From assembly GCA_963703175.1 (NCBI GenBank), contig OY969794.1:1974069-2038068 (forward strand): a stretch of DNA of 64,000 nucleotides. The letters run 5' to 3'. A model generated the notes under the pieces. The model saw only the letters and a list, made by a program, of their open reading frames with translations, had not been told where the DNA came from and ran no database searches. The stretch comes from an uncultured Solirubrobacterales bacterium (GTDB lineage: Bacteria > Actinomycetota > Thermoleophilia > Solirubrobacterales > 70-9). The position numbers were made by a program, and so were the translations under genes. The stretch's first letter is position 1; every line of letters starts with the position of its first letter. This document shows positions 56,001-63,056 of this stretch, piece after piece.

Positions 56001-57676
56001 ACCTCTACTCGATCGAGGACCTCGCCGAGCTGATCGACGAGTTGAAGACGGTCAACCCCGACGTGCGCGTTTCGGTCAAGGTGCCCGTCGTGCCGAACAT
56101 CGGCACGATCGGCCTCGGCATCGCCAAGGCGGGCGCCGACATCATCACCCTCTCCGGTTTCGAGGGGGGCACTGGCGCGGCCCGCCAGCACGCGCTGCGC
56201 CACGTCGGTCTGCCCTCCGATATCGGTACCCGCGCCGTGCACCGGGCGCTAATGGAGGCCGGCTTGCGCAACCGGGTTGAGATCTGGGCCGACGGCGGCT
56301 ACCGCACCGGCCACGACGTCGTCAAGCTGCACTGCCTCGGTGCAAACCGGGTCGGTTTCGGCACCCTGGCGATGGTCAGTCTCGGCTGCACGATCTGCCG
56401 CGGCTGCCAGCTCGACACCTGTCACGTCGGCATCGCCACCCAGATCGAGACGGTTGAGCAGGCCCAGGACCACGGCCTGAAGAAGTTCACCCCGCAGGAG
56501 GTCGACGTGGCCGCCGAGAGCTGTGCCCGCTTCTTCGGTGCGATGGGCGAGGAGGTCAAGGAGGTCGTCGCCTCGCTCGGCTACGACCGCGCCCAGGACC
56601 TGGTCGGTCGCTACGACCTACTCGAACAGATCTCCCATCACGATCAGATCGACCTGGCGCCGCTGATTACGCCGTTGGAGGAGTTCCTCGACCTTGAGCC
56701 GATCGATCTGCCGGTGGCGGAGGAGGTCGCCGACGAGCGCGCCGAAGCCGGCCTCGTCGTCGCCCGGCCGATCCGGATGGAGGCCAAGCAGGCCTCGGCG
56801 CAGATCGGCGCGCTCGCCGGCGAAATCTGCTCGGGCAGCACGGTGAGCAACCGCTTCCCGCGCGCCACCGACGCCAACGACCGCGTGCTCGGCACCGAGC
56901 TGGCCGGCGCGATCGCCCGCTCCCGCATCTTCGACGGCGGCCCGGAGTCGACCGACGACGTGCTCGCCGATCTCGAGTTCAACGGCGGCTCGGTCGCCGG
57001 TCAGGGCCTCGGCGCCTTCAACGCCTACGGCGTCTCGATCCGGGTCGAGGGCGGCGCCCAGGACGGTGTCGGCAAGGCGATGTTGGGCGGCACCCTCGCC
57101 GTGCTCAAGGGCAAGGGGGCCAAGGGCCAGCGCCTCAATGGCTCGGTGGGCAAGTCGTTTGCCTACGGCGCCCAACGCGGCCGCCTCTTCGTCCAGGGGT
57201 CGGCCGACTCGCGCTTCTGCATCCGCCTCTCCGGCGCCGACGTGGTGCTCGGCGGCGAGCCGGAGGAGGAGCTGGACGACAGCCGCGGCTGCGTCGTTGA
57301 CCGTGCCAACGCCAAGGGCTTCGCCTTCGAGTACATGACCTCGGGCCGCGCGATCGTGCTCGGCGACCTTGGCCCCTGGGCCTGCGCCGGGATGACCGGC
57401 GGCCGCGTCTACGTCCGCCACAACGCTTTTGGCATTGACCGCGAGGCGCTCGAGGCGCGGCTCGGCGAGGGCGCCAAAGTTGAGCTCAAAGAGATCGACT
57501 CCGAGGGTCAGCTCGACATCGACGACCTGCTCTCTCACTACGCCGACGAGCTGCGTGCGACCGGCCAGGACGAGGAGGCCGAGCGGATGGGCTCGCTAGC
57601 CGCCACGGCTGCCGAGAACTTCCTCATGGTCGTGCCGCATAAGGTCCAGGCGGACCCAAGCATCTCGACCGAGTAG
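53003..57676 (+). CDS. gltB: Glutamate synthase large subunit (single large polypeptide)
   Basis: 1557 aa. Ntn amidotransferase domain (Cys after a propeptide, ...DACAIYAS; HNRYSTNT), central domain, FMN/Fe-S domain (SSMSFGS, GEGG, CxxxxxC...C cluster) and a C-terminal GXGXG beta-helix domain. Confidence 0.92.
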   Translation: MSDTQSRELHGENGPVRYSPERAYRPLVSPPSVEDKDACAIYASVRKDATPSHEPIERAIPALQKMLHRAGNVDGEGDGCGLLVDIPRKIWAEEVRTGGHDPSLTLDDAFAVAHVFIERSQDLERVQHDARELLGQGGFRVLAERIGVVNSPALGPTAREEEPHFWQVGGLVADASNRDRVLFDLLIELERELGVHVPSISATICVYKVMGAPNILGEYYPDLRDERFETIGAFGHNRYSTNTWPSFKRVQPFSVLGHNGEINTVEQLRQEARMLGVPIQPGSSDSQDLNQTIATLVNRDGLSLAEAMEMVLPPIVNEIRALPEDLHRFYMYLRQAMGPFSQGPVALIARHSDECVFSADALGLRPLWQVETVEDFVFSSEPGVVALNEMVAEPKPLAPGEKAMVSIDRGARCSTLRSHDVMLRLVRDRWLARNGADEVAPYDRALVTGGPLEGADVPGYSDAGPEEPVKVADRVLAGFGWQRDDVKLVQQMASNGAEPVGSLGYDGPLAALSPERQNLADYFKETVAVVTNPAIDREREMEHFSTRAVFGRRPSINAASEDTGTVETSFPVILGGHHGMAPLSDKTYRQIARENQTYLLEDLWEEFRGRADAVDISLLESETTRGAIDRIKQEAVKKVRDGAELLVLTDRTVYDAERRYLDPHLATSAVDQALKQFRVETGKENLRRRCGIVLRSAAVRNVHDVMLAVGLGANGVCPYTMVEVICVEDYRKDIGNLCAALAKGMEKVISTIGIHEVRGYARQFSSIGIKPELAEIFQTEAFAASEKAGIGFDGLDESSNERARILCSDENAKPAKTFRFYPKVYKAAIATANGSGSYAEYSEKVRDLEAQSPISMRHIMGLKGDRDPVDPTTVDAGIGHHDYPVVISSMSFGSQSEPAFRAYAEAAKSINVLCVNGEGGEIRDMYGHYRKWRGQQVASGRFGVSAEMINSSYLAEIKIGQGAKPGEGGHLPGKKVSEKVAAARNAAPGTDLISPSNNHDLYSIEDLAELIDELKTVNPDVRVSVKVPVVPNIGTIGLGIAKAGADIITLSGFEGGTGAARQHALRHVGLPSDIGTRAVHRALMEAGLRNRVEIWADGGYRTGHDVVKLHCLGANRVGFGTLAMVSLGCTICRGCQLDTCHVGIATQIETVEQAQDHGLKKFTPQEVDVAAESCARFFGAMGEEVKEVVASLGYDRAQDLVGRYDLLEQISHHDQIDLAPLITPLEEFLDLEPIDLPVAEEVADERAEAGLVVARPIRMEAKQASAQIGALAGEICSGSTVSNRFPRATDANDRVLGTELAGAIARSRIFDGGPESTDDVLADLEFNGGSVAGQGLGAFNAYGVSIRVEGGAQDGVGKAMLGGTLAVLKGKGAKGQRLNGSVGKSFAYGAQRGRLFVQGSADSRFCIRLSGADVVLGGEPEEELDDSRGCVVDRANAKGFAFEYMTSGRAIVLGDLGPWACAGMTGGRVYVRHNAFGIDREALEARLGEGAKVELKEIDSEGQLDIDDLLSHYADELRATGQDEEAERMGSLAATAAENFLMVVPHKVQADPSISTE

Positions 57677-57698
57677 GCGTTACAGCCGGCGAGCCGGG

Positions 57699-58586
57699 TC
57701 AGTCGCCGGGCGCTTCGAGCAGGGACGGTTCCGGCGTGATGATGCTGTTCCCAACGGCCTTCAGGGTGGGCGAGCGCTTGGCATCGGAGGAGAGCATGCT
57801 CCTCAAGATCTTGGTGTTGGCGAACCAGCACTTCTTGGTCCAAGCAGGTGGCCAGGGCGGAAAGGAAGTCGAACTCCCCACCACTTCGTCACCTCGGTCC
57901 ACCGCCTGGTCGTACTGCACCAGCTGTTTCACCGTTGGACGATCCCAGTAAAAGCCGAGAGGTTCTGGGGTAGATGGCAGCGACACCAGCGCCCGGCCGA
58001 CGCTGAGGGGCTGGCCGCCCTCGTCGCTGATCAGCGAGATCGCGATTTCGAAGAGATAAAGCCCCGCCAGGTTCTGCTTTCCCCTTATCGAATAACTCGA
58101 TTTCGCCGGGTCGGCTCGGACGCCGAGCCCAATCGCAAAGCGACCCGCCTCGTCACCGCCCAACTGCTCGTGGAGTGGCGCTTGGACGACGTGCCCTGGC
58201 GCCGCGTTGGCCGGAAGCGTGGCTGCGTAAGTGGTGCTTAACGGCAGATCGCCCTGAGAAAAGCACTGTCGCAATAACGCGACGCGGCGGATTTCGATAT
58301 TCGCTCGGCTAAGAACTGCCCGCTTATCGCCGATATTGTGGAGGAGGATCTCCAGGCGCGGCGGCGCCTCGGTAGCGTCACCGTTGTGGACGACGAGGTC
58401 GACCGGTTCGACCTGGGCCAGCGATGGTGCGGGTGGGGAATCGCTCCCACCTGCGTGTACGAGCGCGAGGATTCCGAGCACGGCCCCGAGCGGCAGCCCG
58501 ATCACCGTCGCCCACCCCTCCCAGCTCGTGGGCTTCTTCAGCGAGGCGAGCCTCGAACGAACGCGACCCTTCCCCCGCCGTGCCAT
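57699..58586 (-). CDS. Membrane-anchored hypothetical protein
   Basis: Basic N-terminus plus the TM helix WATVIGLPLGAVLGILALV. Visibly lower in GC than gltB. No domain recognised. Confidence 0.5.
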   Translation of the reverse strand: MARRGKGRVRSRLASLKKPTSWEGWATVIGLPLGAVLGILALVHAGGSDSPPAPSLAQVEPVDLVVHNGDATEAPPRLEILLHNIGDKRAVLSRANIEIRRVALLRQCFSQGDLPLSTTYAATLPANAAPGHVVQAPLHEQLGGDEAGRFAIGLGVRADPAKSSYSIRGKQNLAGLYLFEIAISLISDEGGQPLSVGRALVSLPSTPEPLGFYWDRPTVKQLVQYDQAVDRGDEVVGSSTSFPPWPPAWTKKCWFANTKILRSMLSSDAKRSPTLKAVGNSIITPEPSLLEAPGD

Positions 58587-58598
58587 GCCCGAATCGTC

Positions 58599-58976
58599 CT
58601 AGTGGGATCGAGTCAGAAGGTCGGCGATCGCGCGGACCTCGCGCAGCAGTCCGTCGAGCATTGCCTCGGTGTTGGTGTGAAGACGCCACTCGGCATATTT
58701 GCGGTCCTGCTCTACCTGGTCGATGCGGCGCTCCAGCTTGCCCACGCGCTTGTCGATGCGCTTTTCGCTCTTGCCGAGGCGCTTCTTGACGTAGAGCCTG
58801 GTGTCCTCGCGCAGGGCGTCGAGCTCGCGGCGTAACTCGGCATCGTCGATACCACCATCCTGTTCGGCCAGCATCTCCTCGACCCCCGTACGCACCCGCT
58901 CGATCTCTTCGTGGAGGCGGGCGCGGGCTTGCTCGGCTGCGATGGACGGGTCGTGCGGGGAGTCCACGAACGGCAT
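58599..58976 (-). CDS. Coiled-coil hypothetical protein (125 aa)
   Basis: MPFVDSPHDP... with a heptad-rich E/R/K/L composition. Internal ATG 58976 is chosen because the longer ORF would overlap the FHA gene. Confidence 0.5.
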   Translation of the reverse strand: MPFVDSPHDPSIAAEQARARLHEEIERVRTGVEEMLAEQDGGIDDAELRRELDALREDTRLYVKKRLGKSEKRIDKRVGKLERRIDQVEQDRKYAEWRLHTNTEAMLDGLLREVRAIADLLTRSH

Positions 58977-59008
58977 CCTACGGGCGCCGCAGGCCGGAAA
59001 TTGCGTAC

Positions 59009-59401
59009 TTAGCCTTTTTCGAGTACGAAGAGGCGGTAGCGGCCGATCCCCAGCTCGTCGTCTGCGGCGATCTTGCCCCACTCGACCAGGTCGCCGTTGA
59101 GGAAGACGCCGTTGAGGCTGCGGTCGTCAAGCACCCGCAGCGACTCGCCAGGTTCGGAGACGATCAGGGCGTGGCGGCGTGAGACGCTGGGATCGTCGAG
59201 GCGGATGTCGGCGGTGACGCTGCGGCCGATCCGGGTCCAGCCAGGGCTGATGTCGAAGTCGAGCACCTCGCCATCGTCGTCACGGCAGACAAGATGGCGG
59301 CTGTCAGGAGCCAGATCCGTTCGCAGTCCGTCTAACCAGCTGGTTGGGGCGGCCTCGACCGGAGCTTCGAATTCGGCTGTGGTCCCGCCGTGCTCCTGCA
59401 T
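59009..59401 (-). CDS. FHA-domain protein (conservative ATG-start model; probable zinc-ribbon N-terminal extension up to 59578)
   Basis: FHA core GWTRIGRSVTADIRLDDPSVSRRHALIV...LDDRSLNGVFLNG. The in-frame upstream CLEC...CPRC segment has no canonical start (see findings). Confidence 0.8.
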   Translation of the reverse strand: MQEHGGTTAEFEAPVEAAPTSWLDGLRTDLAPDSRHLVCRDDDGEVLDFDISPGWTRIGRSVTADIRLDDPSVSRRHALIVSEPGESLRVLDDRSLNGVFLNGDLVEWGKIAADDELGIGRYRLFVLEKG

Positions 59402-59678
59402 CGACTCGAAGATCGAGTCGAGCTGGAAGCTGGAGGCACCGCAGCGAGGGCAGGAGGGCAGCTCGTCATCCTCGTGCAGGGCTAGATGAGAGCCGCACTC
59501 GAGACAGAAGTAAGTGCCAGGACCGGGGAATGTCCCGGTGGCATAGCTATCGGATGCTGGGGTGAGACTGGTGGAGATGACCTGCTCCTTCCCTCGAGCC
59601 TTACAAGCGATCCTAGCGGATTACCAAGTTCTCACATCCGCAATTTTCCACACCGCATTCCCATAGAATTACCCGCCG

Positions 59679-60197
59679 ATGGGCCCGGTTAACGCAGAGA
59701 TCGAGATCGACGCCCCGCGCGAGCGTATTTTCGCGACGATCGCCGATCTGGCCCTTCGCCCTGCTTTCACCGACCACTTTTTCAGCGGCTTTCATCTGAC
59801 CAGGATCGAGTCGGAGGGAGTGGGCGCCGGAGCGCGGTTCCGGATTAAGTCGCCACTGCGCTCGGTCTGGATGGATACGGCGATCGACGAGCTTGAGGCC
59901 CCGCACAAGCTGATCGAGCACGGCCGCGGCGGCCGCGCCAACCGCATTCCCACGACCACGGTCTGGGAGCTGACTGAAGGCAGTGGTTCCCTGACCAGAG
60001 TTAGGGTCTCGCACTGGACCGAGCCGTCGAACCCGCTCGACCGGGCGCTGGAGACCCTCTCCGGCAATACTGGCTCGGTGCAGCGCGGTTGGCGTGAGGC
60101 GCTACGGCGGCTCCGCGACCAACTCGAGAGCAGCGAGGCGGCCCCGGCTCCGATCGCGGTGGCGGGCGGCAACCCCCACGCGACCGGGATCCCGTAG
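59679..60197 (+). CDS. SRPBCC-superfamily (polyketide cyclase/dehydrase-like) protein
   Basis: VNAEIEIDAPRERIFATIADLALRPAF is the typical N-terminus of the family; 172 aa. Confidence 0.7.
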   Translation: MGPVNAEIEIDAPRERIFATIADLALRPAFTDHFFSGFHLTRIESEGVGAGARFRIKSPLRSVWMDTAIDELEAPHKLIEHGRGGRANRIPTTTVWELTEGSGSLTRVRVSHWTEPSNPLDRALETLSGNTGSVQRGWREALRRLRDQLESSEAAPAPIAVAGGNPHATGIP

Positions 60198-60235
60198 AGC
60201 GAGCTGCCGGGCGCCTTAATAGACTCTCGCCGCCG

Positions 60236-60784
60236 ATGGTCCTCCGCCGCCGAATCACGTTGTCGCTGCTCACCGCGCTCGCGCTTGCGGTGGCCGCCTT
60301 TGCGTTCACTGCCTGCGGCTACTCGAGCGACTCCAAGGAGGTGCCCGAGGGAGAACCGGTGAAGCTAGGTGAGCTCAAGTACAACGTTGTCTTCTCGCGC
60401 TTCCTCAACCCCAAGGACAACGAGGATTCCGCCTACCTCGTCGGTCAGCCTGAACCACCCGAGGGTCACAGCTACTTCGGCGTCTTCCTCGAAGTCCAGA
60501 ACAAGAGCGAAGAGACGCAGACGTTGGCCGATTCGTTCACGATCACTGATTCTGGAGACGAGACCTTCGACGCGATTCCCAGCGAGAGCCTCTACGCGTT
60601 TCCCTTCGGCGGCAAGGTCGAATCGCAAGAACAGATTCCGATCCTCGACTCGACGCCCGAGCAGGGACCAATCGAGGGCTCGCTGGTCCTCTTCGAGCTG
60701 CCCGCCTCGGCGTCTGAGAACCGCCCGCTGACGCTTTCGATCCCGGGCCCCGAAGGTCCGGCCATCGTCACGCTCGACCTCTAG
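60236..60784 (+). CDS. Lipoprotein, DUF4352-like
   Basis: Lipobox AFAFTAC, then a beta-rich domain (YFGVFLEVQNKSEETQTL...FTITDSGDETF). Confidence 0.6.
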   Translation: MVLRRRITLSLLTALALAVAAFAFTACGYSSDSKEVPEGEPVKLGELKYNVVFSRFLNPKDNEDSAYLVGQPEPPEGHSYFGVFLEVQNKSEETQTLADSFTITDSGDETFDAIPSESLYAFPFGGKVESQEQIPILDSTPEQGPIEGSLVLFELPASASENRPLTLSIPGPEGPAIVTLDL

Positions 60785-61152
60785 TAGGTCCATTTCGGCT
60801 CGTATGTCTTCTCGATCTCAGCCTGCGCCAGTTTTACGAACTGGTCACAGCACCCGTTGACGATGAATCGGAGGTGTCTTCCATTGCTTCGCACGGTGAC
60901 GGTTCCCCCGCCATCGTCATGCGTGGGACACCGCAGCGTCGTGACAGCTCGTTGCACCTCGGCGACGCGGTTTCGTCTGGCTAGTTGGCCACGCACGATG
61001 CAAGCGGCCAAGAAGGCGACCGATGCAAGACATGCCGCAACAATGGCGGCGTGGATCGAACCGGTGAGCTGGTGAACGATTAAGTAGGTCGCGGTGCTGA
61101 GTGCCACCGAAACCAGAAAGGCAAGGACGAAGGAGATTCGCGTCGCAGACAT
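60781..61152 (-). CDS. Small two-TM membrane protein of unknown function
   Basis: Two N-terminal helices and a Cys-containing soluble tail. Lower in GC. Its 3' end overlaps the convergent lipoprotein gene by 4 nt. Confidence 0.4.
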   Translation of the reverse strand: MSATRISFVLAFLVSVALSTATYLIVHQLTGSIHAAIVAACLASVAFLAACIVRGQLARRNRVAEVQRAVTTLRCPTHDDGGGTVTVRSNGRHLRFIVNGCCDQFVKLAQAEIEKTYEPKWTY

Positions 61153-61185
61153 CCCTGTGGCTATCGGCTGACCAACCGTGTGCCT

Positions 61186-62919
61186 TTAAAGGCCTGCAGA
61201 GAAGACTTCGGCGGCTATCGGCGCAGCTACTTCGCCACCCGCCGCTTCGGCTTCAACCAGAAGAACCCCGACCGCCAGCTTCGCCTTTTCGGCGGGGGCA
61301 AAGGCGGCGAACCAGGCGTCCTTGATCTGCTCGGGTTCTTCTTCGTCCTCGCTGCCCGGCCGTGGCCCGAGCTCGGCAGTGCCGGTCTTCCCCGCCACTT
61401 GCGCCTCGGGGATCGCGGCAGCAAAGCCGGTACCTTCGGTGACCACGCCGATCATCAGTTCGGTCAGTTCGTCGGCGATCTTCCTTGACATCACCCGCAC
61501 CGAATTTGGTTCGGGTCGCAGTTTGCGGTTGGCGACGACCGAGGTCGGCTCGCGAACGCCGCCGTTGCCGATCGTCTGCGCGACGCTCGCCATCTGTAGC
61601 GGCGTAGCCAAGACTTCCCCTTGCCCGATGGCGCTTACGCCGAGGTCGAGTTCGTCGCCAATTTCGGTCGGGATCGTCGACTCGGGCGGTTCGACTGCTG
61701 CGACGATTTCTGGCGCGTAGAGAGTGAGCGGGGCGTTGAAGCCGAAGCGTTCGGCGGTGCCGACCAGTTCGTTGTTGCCGATCTTCGGGCCCAGTGGGGC
61801 GAAGTCGGCGTTGCAGGACTCGGCGAAGGCTTCGCGGAAGGTGCCGCCGCAGAACTCACCGTTTGCGTTGCTGATGAAGCGGCCGCCGACGTTAACGCCG
61901 TCGACGATTTCGAATTCGTCGTCGAGCGACACGACCCCTTTCTCGAGGGCGGCCGTGGTGGTGATCGTCTTGAAGGTCGACCCCGGCGGTTGAGGCGCCG
62001 AGAAGGCCTGCCCGGCGAGCGCGCGGACGTCGCCGCTGCGGGCGTCGAGCACGGCGACGCCGCCGGCTCGGCCGGCAAGTCCGGACACCGCCGCTTCCTG
62101 CAGGTCGGGGTCGATCGTCGTCTTCACCGCCGCTCCGGCCTGTGGTTCGGCCTGGGAAAGGATCCGCGCCGAGCCGCCTTCGTCGCTAACTGCGAGTAGA
62201 GAGCCTCCCGGCTTACCGGCAAGGCGCCGGTTGAACGCCTGCTCGACGCCGCTGATACCAACCGGCGTGCCGGCTGGGAAACCCTGCCGAGCGAGCGTTG
62301 GGATGTCTTCTTCTTCGGCAGTGCCGATTTCGCCGGTGACATCGATCGCGGAGCTGCCGAGCGGGTGTTCGCGGGCGTCGGCCGGACCTTCGGCGAGCGC
62401 CGTGCCGTCGCGGGCAAGGATTGGCGCCCGCGGTGCGAGATCGATTCTGTTTTCGAGCTGCTCGCCAGGTTCGAGGCCGGGAAAGACGAGGCTCGCGTCC
62501 CAGGCGATACCCCCATCGGCGTAGGGGACGTTTAAGTCGGCGGCGACGTTGCCGAAGGCGACCGTCCCGGCTTCGACCGCAACCGGCACGACGGTGGCAC
62601 TGTTCGCGTTGCTGGGGTCACCTGGAGAATCCAATTCAAGTGAGCGCAGCGTTGCTATCTCAGCCGCTTCCCGATAGGCCTTGACGAATTCGCTTTCGCC
62701 CACCAAGTGGCGTGAGGCGTCGTTCAGCTCCTCGTACATCGCGCCGAAGTCCTTGTGTTCCCAGGCTTCACTGAAGCGTGCGGCGGTTTCCTTTTCGGGT
62801 GACCCTGGCGCACCCGCCGAAGCGCCGAACGCAAAGGCGATCACCGCAACGACGATGAGGGGAAGAGCGCGGGTGAGGAGACGGCGCCGACGCTCCACCT
62901 CGGTGGACAGAGGTTTCAC
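61186..62919 (-). CDS. Class B penicillin-binding protein (transpeptidase) with an NTF2-like MecA_N-type N-terminal domain
   Basis: TM anchor, FSEAWEHKDFGAMYEEL NTF2-like region, and SxxK (GSTFKT), SxN (ESCN) and KTGTA motifs. Confidence 0.85.
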   Translation of the reverse strand: MKPLSTEVERRRRLLTRALPLIVVAVIAFAFGASAGAPGSPEKETAARFSEAWEHKDFGAMYEELNDASRHLVGESEFVKAYREAAEIATLRSLELDSPGDPSNANSATVVPVAVEAGTVAFGNVAADLNVPYADGGIAWDASLVFPGLEPGEQLENRIDLAPRAPILARDGTALAEGPADAREHPLGSSAIDVTGEIGTAEEEDIPTLARQGFPAGTPVGISGVEQAFNRRLAGKPGGSLLAVSDEGGSARILSQAEPQAGAAVKTTIDPDLQEAAVSGLAGRAGGVAVLDARSGDVRALAGQAFSAPQPPGSTFKTITTTAALEKGVVSLDDEFEIVDGVNVGGRFISNANGEFCGGTFREAFAESCNADFAPLGPKIGNNELVGTAERFGFNAPLTLYAPEIVAAVEPPESTIPTEIGDELDLGVSAIGQGEVLATPLQMASVAQTIGNGGVREPTSVVANRKLRPEPNSVRVMSRKIADELTELMIGVVTEGTGFAAAIPEAQVAGKTGTAELGPRPGSEDEEEPEQIKDAWFAAFAPAEKAKLAVGVLLVEAEAAGGEVAAPIAAEVFSAGL

Positions 62920-62939
62920 TGTGGGGAAATTTAGTGGGG

Positions 62940-63051
62940 GGAGAGGTCGGGTACTGCTCCCGGCTCAACTTTTTCGGTGGTTTGCAAGCGGCCGTCCGAG
63001 ATTGGATTGACGAAAAAGTACAAGCCGCCGGGAGCAGTACCCGACCTCTCC
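62940..63051 (-). repeat. Nested inverted-repeat element, copy B (25-bp perfect outer stem plus the same inner boxes, opposite orientation to copy A)
   Basis: 62940-62964 is the exact reverse complement of 63027-63051. Inner ACTTTTTCG (62968-62976) pairs with CGAAAAAGT (63011-63019). Read on the minus strand, box 1 CTTGTACTTTTTCGTC (63024-63009) and box 2 CACCGAAAAAGTT (62979-62967) are identical to copy A. Confidence 0.75.
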
Positions 63052-63056
63052 GTCGT

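Noticed and set aside
52997-56242. A 1081-aa minus-strand ORF antisense to gltB, with similar long antisense ORFs at 56618-57538 and 53716-53952.
   Set aside because: The plus-strand frame carries every glutamate synthase motif. The antisense translation is Arg/Gly/Asp/Leu-rich low-information sequence, typical of stop-poor shadow frames in high-GC DNA.
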